Positions 9,031 through 17,186 of a stretch of DNA of 39,612 bases are shown here, in pieces (the stretch's first letter is position 1; each line of letters starts with the position of its first letter). Origin of the DNA: Acidobacteriaceae bacterium. GTDB taxonomy: Bacteria > Acidobacteriota > Terriglobia > Terriglobales > Acidobacteriaceae. The translations under genes and the position numbers were made by a program. The DNA is taken from assembly GCA_003154055.1 (NCBI GenBank), contig PMCH01000363.1, positions 7,032 to 46,643 of the forward strand. The letters run 5' to 3'. Below the pieces are notes generated by a model. It had not been told where the DNA came from. It made no database searches and worked only from the letters and a program-made list of their open reading frames with translations.

Positions 9031-10908
9031 ATGAGGCGATCTGCTTACCTTTCGTGCGTCATTTTCTTGCTGGCTCCGGCCTGGGGACAAACGGCCCCTC
9101 CGCGGAAATCCCTGCCCGATGTCTTCCTGGTCACGCTCGACACGCTGCGCCCCGACCACATCGCCTGTTACGGCTACAAGCAAATCGAAACTCCAACGCT
9201 CGATGCCCTCGCCGCCGACGGCATTCGCTTCACGCAGGCGTTCACTCACAGCCCAATCACCAACACGTCGCACACCACCATCCTTACCGGACTCCTGCCC
9301 AGCGTTCACGGGGTTACCGACTTCGGCGTTCCGCTCTCCCCGCAGCACACAACCTGGGCGGAGCTGCTGAAGAAGCAGGGATACCACACCGCCGCCTTCA
9401 TCGGAGCCGTGATTCTGGATAGCAACACGCTGGCTCCGGGCCTCGATCGCGGTTTCGATTTTTACGACAACTTTCCCGCCAGGACTGACACCAAAGAGCG
9501 CTGGGGACGCGTCGAGCGCCGCGGCATGGAGGTCGTTCAGCACGCGGAAACGTGGCTCGACAAGCACCGCACCGGCCCGCGTTTTGTGTGGGTGCATCTC
9601 TACGATCCCCATGACCCCTACGAAGCTCCGCCGCCCTATTCGCAGAAGTACAAGGAACCTTACGATGGCGAAATCGCCTATGCCGACTCCGCGGTCGGAC
9701 ACCTGATCGCGTCGCTCAAGAAAGCAGGCGCCTATCAGAACGCGATCATCGTCGTCGTTGCCGATCACGGCGAAGGGCTCGGCGAGCACGGCGAGGAAAC
9801 TCATGGCCTCTTCCTGTATGACTCGACGCTTCACGTGCCTCTGATCCTCAAACTGCCAGCCGAGGCTCAGCACGGAACGGTCATTGAGGCCCAGGTGCGC
9901 ACCACCGACATCCTTCCCACTATCCTTTCCCTCACCAACACCGCCGCGCCTGCCGAGTTGAACGGTGAGTCTCTCGTTCCCCTGATCTCTGATCAAGTGA
10001 CCAAGGGCCAGACCTCGCCCAGCCGTTCGCTCTTCGCGGAAACCGACTATCCTCTGCGCTGGGGATGGGCTTCCCTGCGCGCCCTCCGTGCGGAAAACAT
10101 GAAGTTGATAGAAGCACCCCGGGCCGAACTCTACGATCTCAAGTCCGATCCGCAGGAACTGAAAAACCTCTACGCCGCTGATGTCACCCAAGTGCAAGGC
10201 CTGCGTGGTGAATTGGCGAAATGGAAATCGAAGCTCCCGGCAAGCACTTCGGGCAGCGCCGGAGGAGCTCTGCCCGATCCGAAAGACAAGGTAGAAGTCC
10301 AGAACCTGCTGCACCGCGCGATGCTGGCATCGGACGATGAGCGTGCCAGCGATGCGCTCGGCTTCCTCGAGAAGGCGCTGGAACTCGATCCGGCTTCTCC
10401 CACAGCCCTGCGCCAGCTCGGCGAGCTCGAATTGGCTGCCGGCGATTTCTCCAAAGCCGCCGCTCACCTGAAGCGCGCCCACGACGTCCGTCCGGAGGAT
10501 TCCACCGCGGCTTTCGAACTCGGCCAGACCTTGGAGAAGTCGGGCGATCTCCCGGGCGCCCGCAACGCGCTTGAGGCATGCCTGAAACTGGTTCCCAGCC
10601 AGATGCCCGCCCGCCTGCTTCTAGGACACGTTTATCTGCGTATGAATGACGGCAAGAACGCCGAGGATCAATTCGAAGCCGCGCAACTGGTGGATTCAAG
10701 CAACCTCGAAGCACGACTGGGGTTAGCGGAAGCCCAGATTCAGCAGTCCAAGTTCGCCGACGCCCTGCCCGACCTCGAAGCCCTCGCCAAGGAGCAGCCC
10801 ACGAATGCACCAGCGCTTCACCTGCTCGCGCGAGCCTATCGCGGAGCTGGCAAAGAGCAAGACGCGCAGTCCGCGGAAGCAAAGGCCGCCGCGGCAGAGA
10901 AGAAGTGA
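9031..10908 (+). CDS. Alkaline-phosphatase-superfamily (sulfatase-like) hydrolase fused to C-terminal TPR repeats, paralog 3
   Basis: ATG at 9031. Signal peptide (VIFLLAPAWGQ). FLVTLDTLRPDHIACYGY, PITNTSHTTILTG and ADHGEGLGEHGE motifs. TPR repeats at the C-terminus. Divergent from paralog 2 across a 78-bp spacer. Confidence 0.85.
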   Translation: MRRSAYLSCVIFLLAPAWGQTAPPRKSLPDVFLVTLDTLRPDHIACYGYKQIETPTLDALAADGIRFTQAFTHSPITNTSHTTILTGLLPSVHGVTDFGVPLSPQHTTWAELLKKQGYHTAAFIGAVILDSNTLAPGLDRGFDFYDNFPARTDTKERWGRVERRGMEVVQHAETWLDKHRTGPRFVWVHLYDPHDPYEAPPPYSQKYKEPYDGEIAYADSAVGHLIASLKKAGAYQNAIIVVVADHGEGLGEHGEETHGLFLYDSTLHVPLILKLPAEAQHGTVIEAQVRTTDILPTILSLTNTAAPAELNGESLVPLISDQVTKGQTSPSRSLFAETDYPLRWGWASLRALRAENMKLIEAPRAELYDLKSDPQELKNLYAADVTQVQGLRGELAKWKSKLPASTSGSAGGALPDPKDKVEVQNLLHRAMLASDDERASDALGFLEKALELDPASPTALRQLGELELAAGDFSKAAAHLKRAHDVRPEDSTAAFELGQTLEKSGDLPGARNALEACLKLVPSQMPARLLLGHVYLRMNDGKNAEDQFEAAQLVDSSNLEARLGLAEAQIQQSKFADALPDLEALAKEQPTNAPALHLLARAYRGAGKEQDAQSAEAKAAAAEKK

Positions 10909-11306
10909 CGGAGACCGCCATCGGCATGTTTTCGTCAGTTGAGACGACCTCTGCGCTCTGGAGCTCTTGGGTGGCGCAGCGCTTTTAGCGCTGCGGTAGA
11001 TGCCTCATTTATGATGTCCGGCTTTAGCCGCTGAGGGTCCGCGCTCAAAGCTAGCCCGCCTGCAGCGGATCAGTTGCTGGACAGTGCCGCCTGCCGGTAC
11101 TGTCCTAAAACTGCGTTGATAAAAAATGAGCAAAGGAAACCCGCCATCAAAGGCGGGTTCTAAGCCGTGCGATGCCAAGCCTTGATTGTCACGGCAGAGT
11201 TCACTGCTACAATTAGGACAGTACCCGCCTGCCTTATTTACCCAATTTTCATATTCCTGCTCTATGCTCATGATGTCCGTCAGCGTCCCAAATCGTTCCA
11301 CTTTCC

Positions 11307-12038
11307 ATGGCAAAGAAACGCGCCTCGCGACCGAAGCAATCTAAAACCCCAGCCGTGTCCCTTTCAGCGGAAGCGTCGCCTGCGGCCAGCACTCCCCAAC
11401 CCGCTTCTTCCGATGAACTCCTGGCCCTGGTGCTCAAGGCATGCCTGATTGCCCGCGACTCGGTTTTCAATGTGCGCGACTTTCTCACCAACGGCTCACG
11501 CATGGCTTTTCTAGCCATCAAGGATTGCGAAAAAGAGTTGGACCAGATCGAGCGAAAAGTGGACGAGCGACTCCCCGGCGCTATCACTCGGGTTGGCCAG
11601 GTGAAGGCCCGCCAGTTGCTGGCCTGCCTGAAATTCATCACCGATCTCGAACGCATCGGAGACCTTGCCTACAGCGCTGTAATGCAACTGCACGCGCGGC
11701 GCGAAAAACTTTCCACCACTGATTCCCGCCAGTTGATCGAGATGTCTTCCCTGTTATGCGAGATGCTGGAACAAGTCCACCTGGGCTTTCAGGAGCCCGA
11801 CGTCCAGGGCGCCCGCAAAATTCTGCGAGTGGATCCGGAGGTCGACCGGGTGTGCCACGCCTTGTTCCAGAGGCACTTAGCCGACACCACCGCCGGGGCC
11901 CAGAACTTCGATATTCTCCTGATGGCCCAAGCCTTGGAACGCATCGGAGACCACGCCAAGAACCTGGCCGAGGAACTGATTGGCCTGGCCGAAGGCCGCT
12001 CCCTCCGGCACACTGCCAAGAAGCTCAATTACGCCTGA
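11307..12038 (+). CDS. PhoU-family protein (two PhoU repeats)
   Basis: Two copies of the PhoU signature: ...FITDLERIGDLAYSAV... and ...AQALERIGDHAKNLAEEL... Low-complexity N-terminal extension of ~40 aa. Confidence 0.7.
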   Translation: MAKKRASRPKQSKTPAVSLSAEASPAASTPQPASSDELLALVLKACLIARDSVFNVRDFLTNGSRMAFLAIKDCEKELDQIERKVDERLPGAITRVGQVKARQLLACLKFITDLERIGDLAYSAVMQLHARREKLSTTDSRQLIEMSSLLCEMLEQVHLGFQEPDVQGARKILRVDPEVDRVCHALFQRHLADTTAGAQNFDILLMAQALERIGDHAKNLAEELIGLAEGRSLRHTAKKLNYA

Positions 12039-12136
12039 AGTCCCGAAATTAACCCGGCCTTAACAGTCCAGCAACACTCCAGCAACATTTCCAACCTACT
12101 CTCAGAACAAGACTTACTGGGAACATTCAGGCAGTC

Positions 12137-12874
12137 GTGTGCTCCCCCATGGATTCGCTGGCAGTCCAGGACAACTCGCGTTCCCGGAACCTGATCTTCG
12201 TGGTCGAAGATGATCTGGATATTTCCCGCCTGATCGAGCACAACCTCCACTCCGCGGGATACCAGGTTTCCACCTTTCTCACCGGAGCATCGGTGGTTCC
12301 GTCGGCAACGCGCATGCAACCCGCACTCTTCCTCCTCGACATCATGTTGCCCGAGATGAATGGGTTCGACCTCTGCCGCCAGATTCGCCAGCACGAGCAG
12401 TTGGCCAAGACGCCGGTGATTTTTCTTTCCGCCAAGACCGGCGAGCCCGACCGCGTCAAGGGCTTCGAGATGGGCGGCGACGATTACATCACCAAGCCCT
12501 TCAGTCCTCGGGAACTGGTGGCGCGCGTGCGCACAGTCTTGCGTAGCCAGCCCGATGTCCCGCCTCTGGACGTGATCCAGTTCGAAGAACTGGAAATTGA
12601 TGTCTCGTCCATGACCGTACGCGTGCAAGGGCGCACTGTGCTCACCACCGTCCGCGAGTTCCGCTTGCTCGAGTACCTGGCGCGCCATCGCGGCCGCGTC
12701 TTTACCCGCGACCAGTTGCTTGATGCCGTCTGGAAAGAAAGCGCATTCGTGACCCCGCGCTCGATCGATGTGTACGTCCGCCGGCTGCGGGAAAAAATCG
12801 AGCCGGATGCGCGGCACCCCCGCTATCTCAAGACCCTGCGCGGAATCGGCTACCGGTTCGAAGCCGGACGTTAG
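12137..12874 (+). CDS. OmpR/PhoB-family two-component response regulator
   Basis: Receiver domain (IFVVEDDLDISRLI..., LFLLDIMLPEMNGFDLC, phospho-acceptor Asp in LLDIMLP, KPFSPRELVARV) plus a winged-helix output (EFRLLEYLARHRGRVFTRDQLLDAVW...LKTLRGIGYRF). Position 12137 is a GTG; the ATG at 12149 is an alternative start. Confidence 0.85.
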   Translation: MCSPMDSLAVQDNSRSRNLIFVVEDDLDISRLIEHNLHSAGYQVSTFLTGASVVPSATRMQPALFLLDIMLPEMNGFDLCRQIRQHEQLAKTPVIFLSAKTGEPDRVKGFEMGGDDYITKPFSPRELVARVRTVLRSQPDVPPLDVIQFEELEIDVSSMTVRVQGRTVLTTVREFRLLEYLARHRGRVFTRDQLLDAVWKESAFVTPRSIDVYVRRLREKIEPDARHPRYLKTLRGIGYRFEAGR

Positions 12875-13150
12875 CCGCTGCACGTTCTCCATTTCCGGCG
12901 TGTCGCTCCCGCCGCTCGGCTCCCCCAGTTCAATTTCGGGTTGTTTTTTTTACTTAGGCGAAAAACACCTGTTGATCAATGGCGGCCCGCAACCATGTTC
13001 CCCTCAATAACTCATCAGAGGGCGTACTCTTGATAGGAGGCTCGGCGGTCGATTCAGGGGTGCTTGGCGTTTCGCCGGACAATGGACGGCGACTCTGCTG
13101 ATTCTGGGTGCCCGCGACAAGGCCGCGCGACTCGTCAGGTAAGTACTCGG

Positions 13151-13714
13151 ATGACTGGACCCCTGCAAAAGGTATGGCTGAGGCACCTCAGCTTGTTATT
13201 TTTCACTCTCACGGTAGCTGCCATGGCGAATGGTTCAGAGGCTCCTCTCCCCACTGTTTCATCGGTTGACCTTCAGCGTTACGCCGGCAAGTGGTACGAA
13301 ATTGCCCGCTACCCAAACTGGTTTGAGCGGAATTGCGTTTCCGATGTAACCGCCACGTATTCCGTGCTGCCGGATGGCAAGATTCGTGTCGTGAACGCTT
13401 GCAAGGGAAAAGACGGAAAGCTGAATGAGTCAAAAGGGAAGGCCAAGAGTGCCGATCCGCGAACCAACGCCAAGTTGAAAGTGACATTCTTCTGGCCGTT
13501 TTACGGCGACTACTGGGTGATTGATCTCGCGCCCGATTATTCCTACGCGGTAGTGAGCGAGCCCAAACGGGAATATCTTTGGATCCTGAGCCGCTCGCCG
13601 CAAATGAATCAAGCCGATTACGATCGCGTCATCGGGAAGATTCAGTCTCTCGGTTTCGATCCTGCCAGGCTCGTGAAGCCCCAGCACTCGGCAGCGGCGC
13701 GGCCCGGAAACTAG
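13151..13714 (+). CDS. blc: Bacterial lipocalin (Blc family)
   Basis: VDLQRYAGKWYEIARYPNWFE...YWVIDLAPDYSYAVVSEPKREYLWILSRSP matches the Blc lipocalin signature. The ATG at 13151 gives a signal-like N-terminus (LSLLFFTLTVAAMANG); the tracked ORF start at 13064 is probably too far upstream. Confidence 0.85.
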   Translation: MTGPLQKVWLRHLSLLFFTLTVAAMANGSEAPLPTVSSVDLQRYAGKWYEIARYPNWFERNCVSDVTATYSVLPDGKIRVVNACKGKDGKLNESKGKAKSADPRTNAKLKVTFFWPFYGDYWVIDLAPDYSYAVVSEPKREYLWILSRSPQMNQADYDRVIGKIQSLGFDPARLVKPQHSAAARPGN

Positions 13715-13717
13715 CGG

Positions 13718-16700
13718 CTAGTGAAAATCATGCGACACCGTCTCCGCCTGGGTTACGCGCAGCGGCGCAACTTTCTCCGCCCGGACGTGGATCACATTGT
13801 CCTGGTTCTGCAGAATTCCTTCGACCATCAAAAAGCGCTCGGAAATCAATAAGACGCGGTTCTTCTGGAGAAGGTCGGGGGCGATGATCGTATTCGCGAT
13901 TCCCGTTTCATCTTCCAGGCTCATGAACATCATTCCCTTGGCCGTCCCCGGACGCTGGCGGGCTATCACGCATCCCCCGATCCGCAACCGCCGCCCGTTC
14001 GGTACCTGCGCCAGATCGGAAGCGCGATAAATACCCATCTTCTTCATTTCCGCGCGGCGGTATTGCATCGGATGCGGCCCAACCGTCAGCCCAGTACCCC
14101 GGAAATCCGCCATCAGGCGTTCTTCGTGAGTCATAACTTCGAGCGGCGAGCCGGCGTCCAGTTCAGAAAGCTCATCCAGCAAAGGCCCTGACCAGCGCAC
14201 CGCCCGCTCCACCTGCCACAACGCATCACGGCGGTGAAACTGCTTTGTACTGGCCACTAACCACTGACCACTAGCCACTGAATTCAGCGCCCCAATTTCC
14301 GCCAGCGTCGTCAGTTCATCCTCGCGCAACTCCGGCACCCGCCGCGCCAGATCCTGAATCGATATAAACGGCGCCAGGCTGCGCTCCCGCACCAGCGCCT
14401 GCCCCGCAGGCTCCCGCACCCCACGCGCGTAGTTCAACCCCAACCGGACAGCAAACTCAGTCTTGTTCTCATTAGTAACCTCCTTATGCTTGTCATCCTG
14501 AACGGAAGCCTCAGTTTCGCGAAGCGAAACTGAGGCTGGAGTGAAGGATCTCTGTATTTGTTTTTTGCCACTGCCGCTCTCACTGGCTACTGGCCACTGG
14601 CTACTGGCTGCTGTTTCTAACGTACATTTCCAGTCCGACTTCGTCACATCCATCGGCAGCACCTTCAACCCATGCCGCTGCGCGTCTTTCACGAGCGTTG
14701 CCGGATGGTAGAACCCCATGGGTTGATTGTTCAGCAGCGCCGCCGTGAACGCCGCCAGGTAGTGGCATTTCAAGTAAGCGCTGGCATAGGCAATCAGCGC
14801 GAAGCTGGCGGCGTGCGACTCCGGAAATCCATAAAGTGCGAACGATGTAATCGACTGGATGATCTGCTCCTGTGTCTCGCCGCGGATTCCATTGCGTGTC
14901 ATGCCGGCACGCAGTTTCTCTTCAATGGTCTTCATCCGGGCTTCGGAGCGCTTGAATCCCATGGCGCGGCGCAGTTCCTCGGCTTCGCCTCCGGTGAAGT
15001 TCGCGGTGATCATCGCCATGCGCAGCAATTGCTCCTGGAATAGCGGCACGCCCAATGTGCGTCCGAGCACGGTTTCGAGCGACGGGTGCGGATAGGTGAC
15101 TTCTTCTCTGCCCTGCCGCCGCTTGAGGAACGGATTCACCATGTTGCCCACAATCGGCCCGGGCCGAATAATCGCGACCTGCACCACAATGTCGTAAAAC
15201 TTCCTGGGCCGCAGCCGCGGCAGGCACGACATCTGCGCCCGGCTTTCCACCTGGAACATACCGACCGTGTCCGCCTTTTGCAGCGCGGAATACACCGCGG
15301 GATCATCGGGTGGAAGATGTGCCAGATCCACTTCTTCTTTGTTGTGATCGCGGATCAGTTCGATCGAGTCTTTCAGCACCGCCATCATGCCCAGGCCGAG
15401 CAGGTCAACCTTGATGATCTTCATGTCCGCGCAATCTTCTTTATCCCACTGCACCACCACGCGCCCCGGCATGGACGCCGGTTCCAGCGGCACAACCGAA
15501 TCCAGCCGTCCCTGGCAGATGACCATGCCGCCCGAGTGCTGGCCCAGGTGTCGCGGCAAATCCTGGGCCGAGAGACACAGCTCGAAATATTTGCGGATGC
15601 GCGGATGGGTAAGATCGAGCCCGGCGTCGCGCAGGCGCCGGTCGAGCGCATCGTGCTCATCGCGGAATTCCCAGGTCGCGACCGCCGTCGAGATACGTTT
15701 CAAAGTGTCGGCGTCAAAGCCGATCGCTTTGCCCATTTCGCGCGCCGCCATGCGGTTGCGATACGTAATGACATTCGCCGTCATCGCCGCCCCGCGCTGG
15801 CCATAGCGCTGGTAGAGATACTGAATGACGCGCTCGCGCTCGTTGCCGCTGGGCAGGTCGAGATCAATATCGGGCCACTCGCCCCGCTCTTCGGAAAGAA
15901 AGCGCTCGAACAGCAGTTCCATGGCGATCGGATCCACCGCCGTGATGCCAAGCGAATAACAGACTGCGCTGTTGGCGGCCGATCCGCGGCCCTGCGCCAG
16001 GATGTTCTGCTCGCGGCAGAAGCGCACCAGGTCCCACACAATCAGGAAATATCCTTCCAGGCCGAGCTTCCCGATCAGCGTCAGTTCGCGCTCAATCTGG
16101 CGGCGGGCACGGCTTTTCAGCTCCTGCGTTGCCCGGCCATATCGAGTTTGAAACCCTTCCCGCGTGCGCTCGCGAAGAAACGAAACCATGGTCTCGCCCT
16201 CCGGCACCGGATAGCGCGGGAATTCGTATCCCAAATCGTCCAGCGTGAATTCGAGCCGCGAGGAGAGCTCCGCAGTATTCGCGATTGCTTGTGGAAGGTC
16301 GGCAAAGAGAGCGCGCATCTCGCGCGGCGACTTGAGATACCGTTCTGAGTTGCGCGCCAGCAACCGCCCGGTGGTGGCCAGCGTGCGGTGATGGCGGAGC
16401 GCGGTAAATGCGTCCGCCAGTTCCCGCTCGCGCGGCACGGCGTAGTTCACGCCGTTGGTGGCCAGTAACGGCAGCCCGAGCGCTTGCGCGATCTCGATCG
16501 CAACCCGGTTGCGATATTCTTCGTCCCGGTGAAAATGCCGCTGGAGTTCGATATAAACATTTTCTCGGCCGAATATTTCCGTTAGCCTCTGAACTGATTT
16601 CAATGCCGACTGTGCCCCGCCCCGCGCCAGCGCAGCCGCCAACGGCCCCTCATCTCCGCCCGTCAGGCAGATTAATCCTTCCGCGTGCTCGGAAAAATCC

Positions 16701-17098
16701 TGACCCTGCGCCGTCCCACCTTCTTTCTGCCCCGCGCGCAGCTTCATCTTCGTGATCAGCCGGCAAAGGTTTTGATATCCAGTACGCGATGCGACTAACA
16801 GCGGCAGACGGCAAGCACCCTCGCCAAAGTGAAATTGACTTTCATTTTCAACTCGTGTTCCACGTGGAACATTTTTGGACGCAAACAAAGGACTTAGGCT
16901 CACTTCCGCCCCGATATGTGCCTTGGTCCCCGCCTTCTGAGCCGCCAGGTGAAAACGAGGCGCCCCATACACTCCATCGCGATCCAGCAGCGCCATCGCC
17001 GGTATTCCAAGGCCGGCACACACTTCGACAAGTTTCTCTGGAAGCGATGCCCCTTCGAGAAAACTGAAGGCGGAGCGGAAGTGAAGTTCGATGTACAC
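13718..17098 (-). CDS. dnaE2: Error-prone DNA polymerase III alpha-type subunit DnaE2 (ImuC)
   Basis: GTG start at 17098. N-terminal PHP motif (YIELHFRSAFSFLEGAS). Pol III alpha core motifs (PDIDLDLPS, GLLKVDLLGLGMM-like KVDLLGLGMMAV, GVPLFQEQ, PMGFYHPATLV). Last gene of an imuA-imuB-dnaE2 arrangement. Contains repeat-derived in-frame insertions (see findings). Confidence 0.9.
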   Translation of the reverse strand: MYIELHFRSAFSFLEGASLPEKLVEVCAGLGIPAMALLDRDGVYGAPRFHLAAQKAGTKAHIGAEVSLSPLFASKNVPRGTRVENESQFHFGEGACRLPLLVASRTGYQNLCRLITKMKLRAGQKEGGTAQGQDFSEHAEGLICLTGGDEGPLAAALARGGAQSALKSVQRLTEIFGRENVYIELQRHFHRDEEYRNRVAIEIAQALGLPLLATNGVNYAVPRERELADAFTALRHHRTLATTGRLLARNSERYLKSPREMRALFADLPQAIANTAELSSRLEFTLDDLGYEFPRYPVPEGETMVSFLRERTREGFQTRYGRATQELKSRARRQIERELTLIGKLGLEGYFLIVWDLVRFCREQNILAQGRGSAANSAVCYSLGITAVDPIAMELLFERFLSEERGEWPDIDLDLPSGNERERVIQYLYQRYGQRGAAMTANVITYRNRMAAREMGKAIGFDADTLKRISTAVATWEFRDEHDALDRRLRDAGLDLTHPRIRKYFELCLSAQDLPRHLGQHSGGMVICQGRLDSVVPLEPASMPGRVVVQWDKEDCADMKIIKVDLLGLGMMAVLKDSIELIRDHNKEEVDLAHLPPDDPAVYSALQKADTVGMFQVESRAQMSCLPRLRPRKFYDIVVQVAIIRPGPIVGNMVNPFLKRRQGREEVTYPHPSLETVLGRTLGVPLFQEQLLRMAMITANFTGGEAEELRRAMGFKRSEARMKTIEEKLRAGMTRNGIRGETQEQIIQSITSFALYGFPESHAASFALIAYASAYLKCHYLAAFTAALLNNQPMGFYHPATLVKDAQRHGLKVLPMDVTKSDWKCTLETAASSQWPVASESGSGKKQIQRSFTPASVSLRETEASVQDDKHKEVTNENKTEFAVRLGLNYARGVREPAGQALVRERSLAPFISIQDLARRVPELREDELTTLAEIGALNSVASGQWLVASTKQFHRRDALWQVERAVRWSGPLLDELSELDAGSPLEVMTHEERLMADFRGTGLTVGPHPMQYRRAEMKKMGIYRASDLAQVPNGRRLRIGGCVIARQRPGTAKGMMFMSLEDETGIANTIIAPDLLQKNRVLLISERFLMVEGILQNQDNVIHVRAEKVAPLRVTQAETVSHDFH
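14249..14283. repeat. Heptanucleotide tandem array (5 units, ACTNNCC) inside dnaE2
   Basis: ACTGGCC ACTAACC ACTGACC ACTAGCC ACTGAAT read directly. On the coding strand it encodes NSVASGQWLVAS. Confidence 0.9.
14508..14536. repeat. Perfect 13-bp-stem hairpin inside dnaE2 coding sequence
   Basis: GCCTCAGTTTCGC gaa GCGAAACTGAGGC. Flanked by GTCATCCTGAAC... and ...GTGAAGGATCTC, and lies in the atypically long TLE...AVRLGL segment of DnaE2. Confidence 0.9.
14582..14609. repeat. Heptanucleotide tandem array (4 units, ACTGGCY) inside dnaE2
   Basis: ACTGGCT ACTGGCC ACTGGCT ACTGGCT. Encodes SSQWPVAS on the coding strand. Confidence 0.9.
16856..16871. repeat. 16-bp perfect palindrome inside dnaE2 (PHP-domain region)
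   Basis: TGTTCCACGTGGAACA. Encodes NVPRGT within an extra segment (SPLFASKNVPRGTRVENESQFHFGEG). Confidence 0.85.
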
Positions 17099-17106
17099 AG
17101 AAAACA

Positions 17107-17186
17107 GTTTCTGGTTTCTAGTTGCTGGTTTCTATTCGCCATAGCTCTTAATTTCAGAAGACAAGAAACCAGCAACCAGAAACTAG
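17107..17186. repeat. Inverted pair of heptamer arrays (GTTNCTN units) filling the imuB-dnaE2 spacer
   Basis: Left arm GTTTCTG GTTTCTA GTTGCTG GTTTCTA (17107-17134). Right arm AGAAACCAGCAACCAGAAACTAG (17164-17186) is its reverse complement: a 13-bp perfect pairing plus 7 bp after a 7-nt bulge. The right arm overlaps the imuB stop; the left arm ends 8 nt from the dnaE2 GTG start. Confidence 0.85.

Noticed and set aside
11005-11313. 102-aa minus-strand ORF (…MSIEQEYENWVNKAGGYCPNCSS…) that looks like half of a zinc ribbon
   Set aside because: It has only one CxxC and a weak SD. The reading frame runs straight through a strong hairpin and the inverted GGTACTGTCCTAA repeats, so the coding appearance is probably a by-product of structured non-coding DNA.
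12029-12892. 287-aa minus-strand ORF covering the response regulator gene
   Set aside because: The plus-strand product is an unmistakable OmpR-family regulator, so the minus-strand ORF is a shadow.
12901-12951. T8 run after the response-regulator gene as a possible intrinsic terminator
   Set aside because: No convincing GC-rich stem precedes the T tract (only 3-4 bp pairings), so it was left uncalled.
15086-16348. 420-aa plus-strand ORF inside dnaE2, and the 16916-17965 and 17379-18383 plus-strand ORFs over dnaE2/imuB
   Set aside because: They are antisense shadows of confidently identified dnaE2 and imuB, with no recognisable motifs and a biased R/H/P composition.
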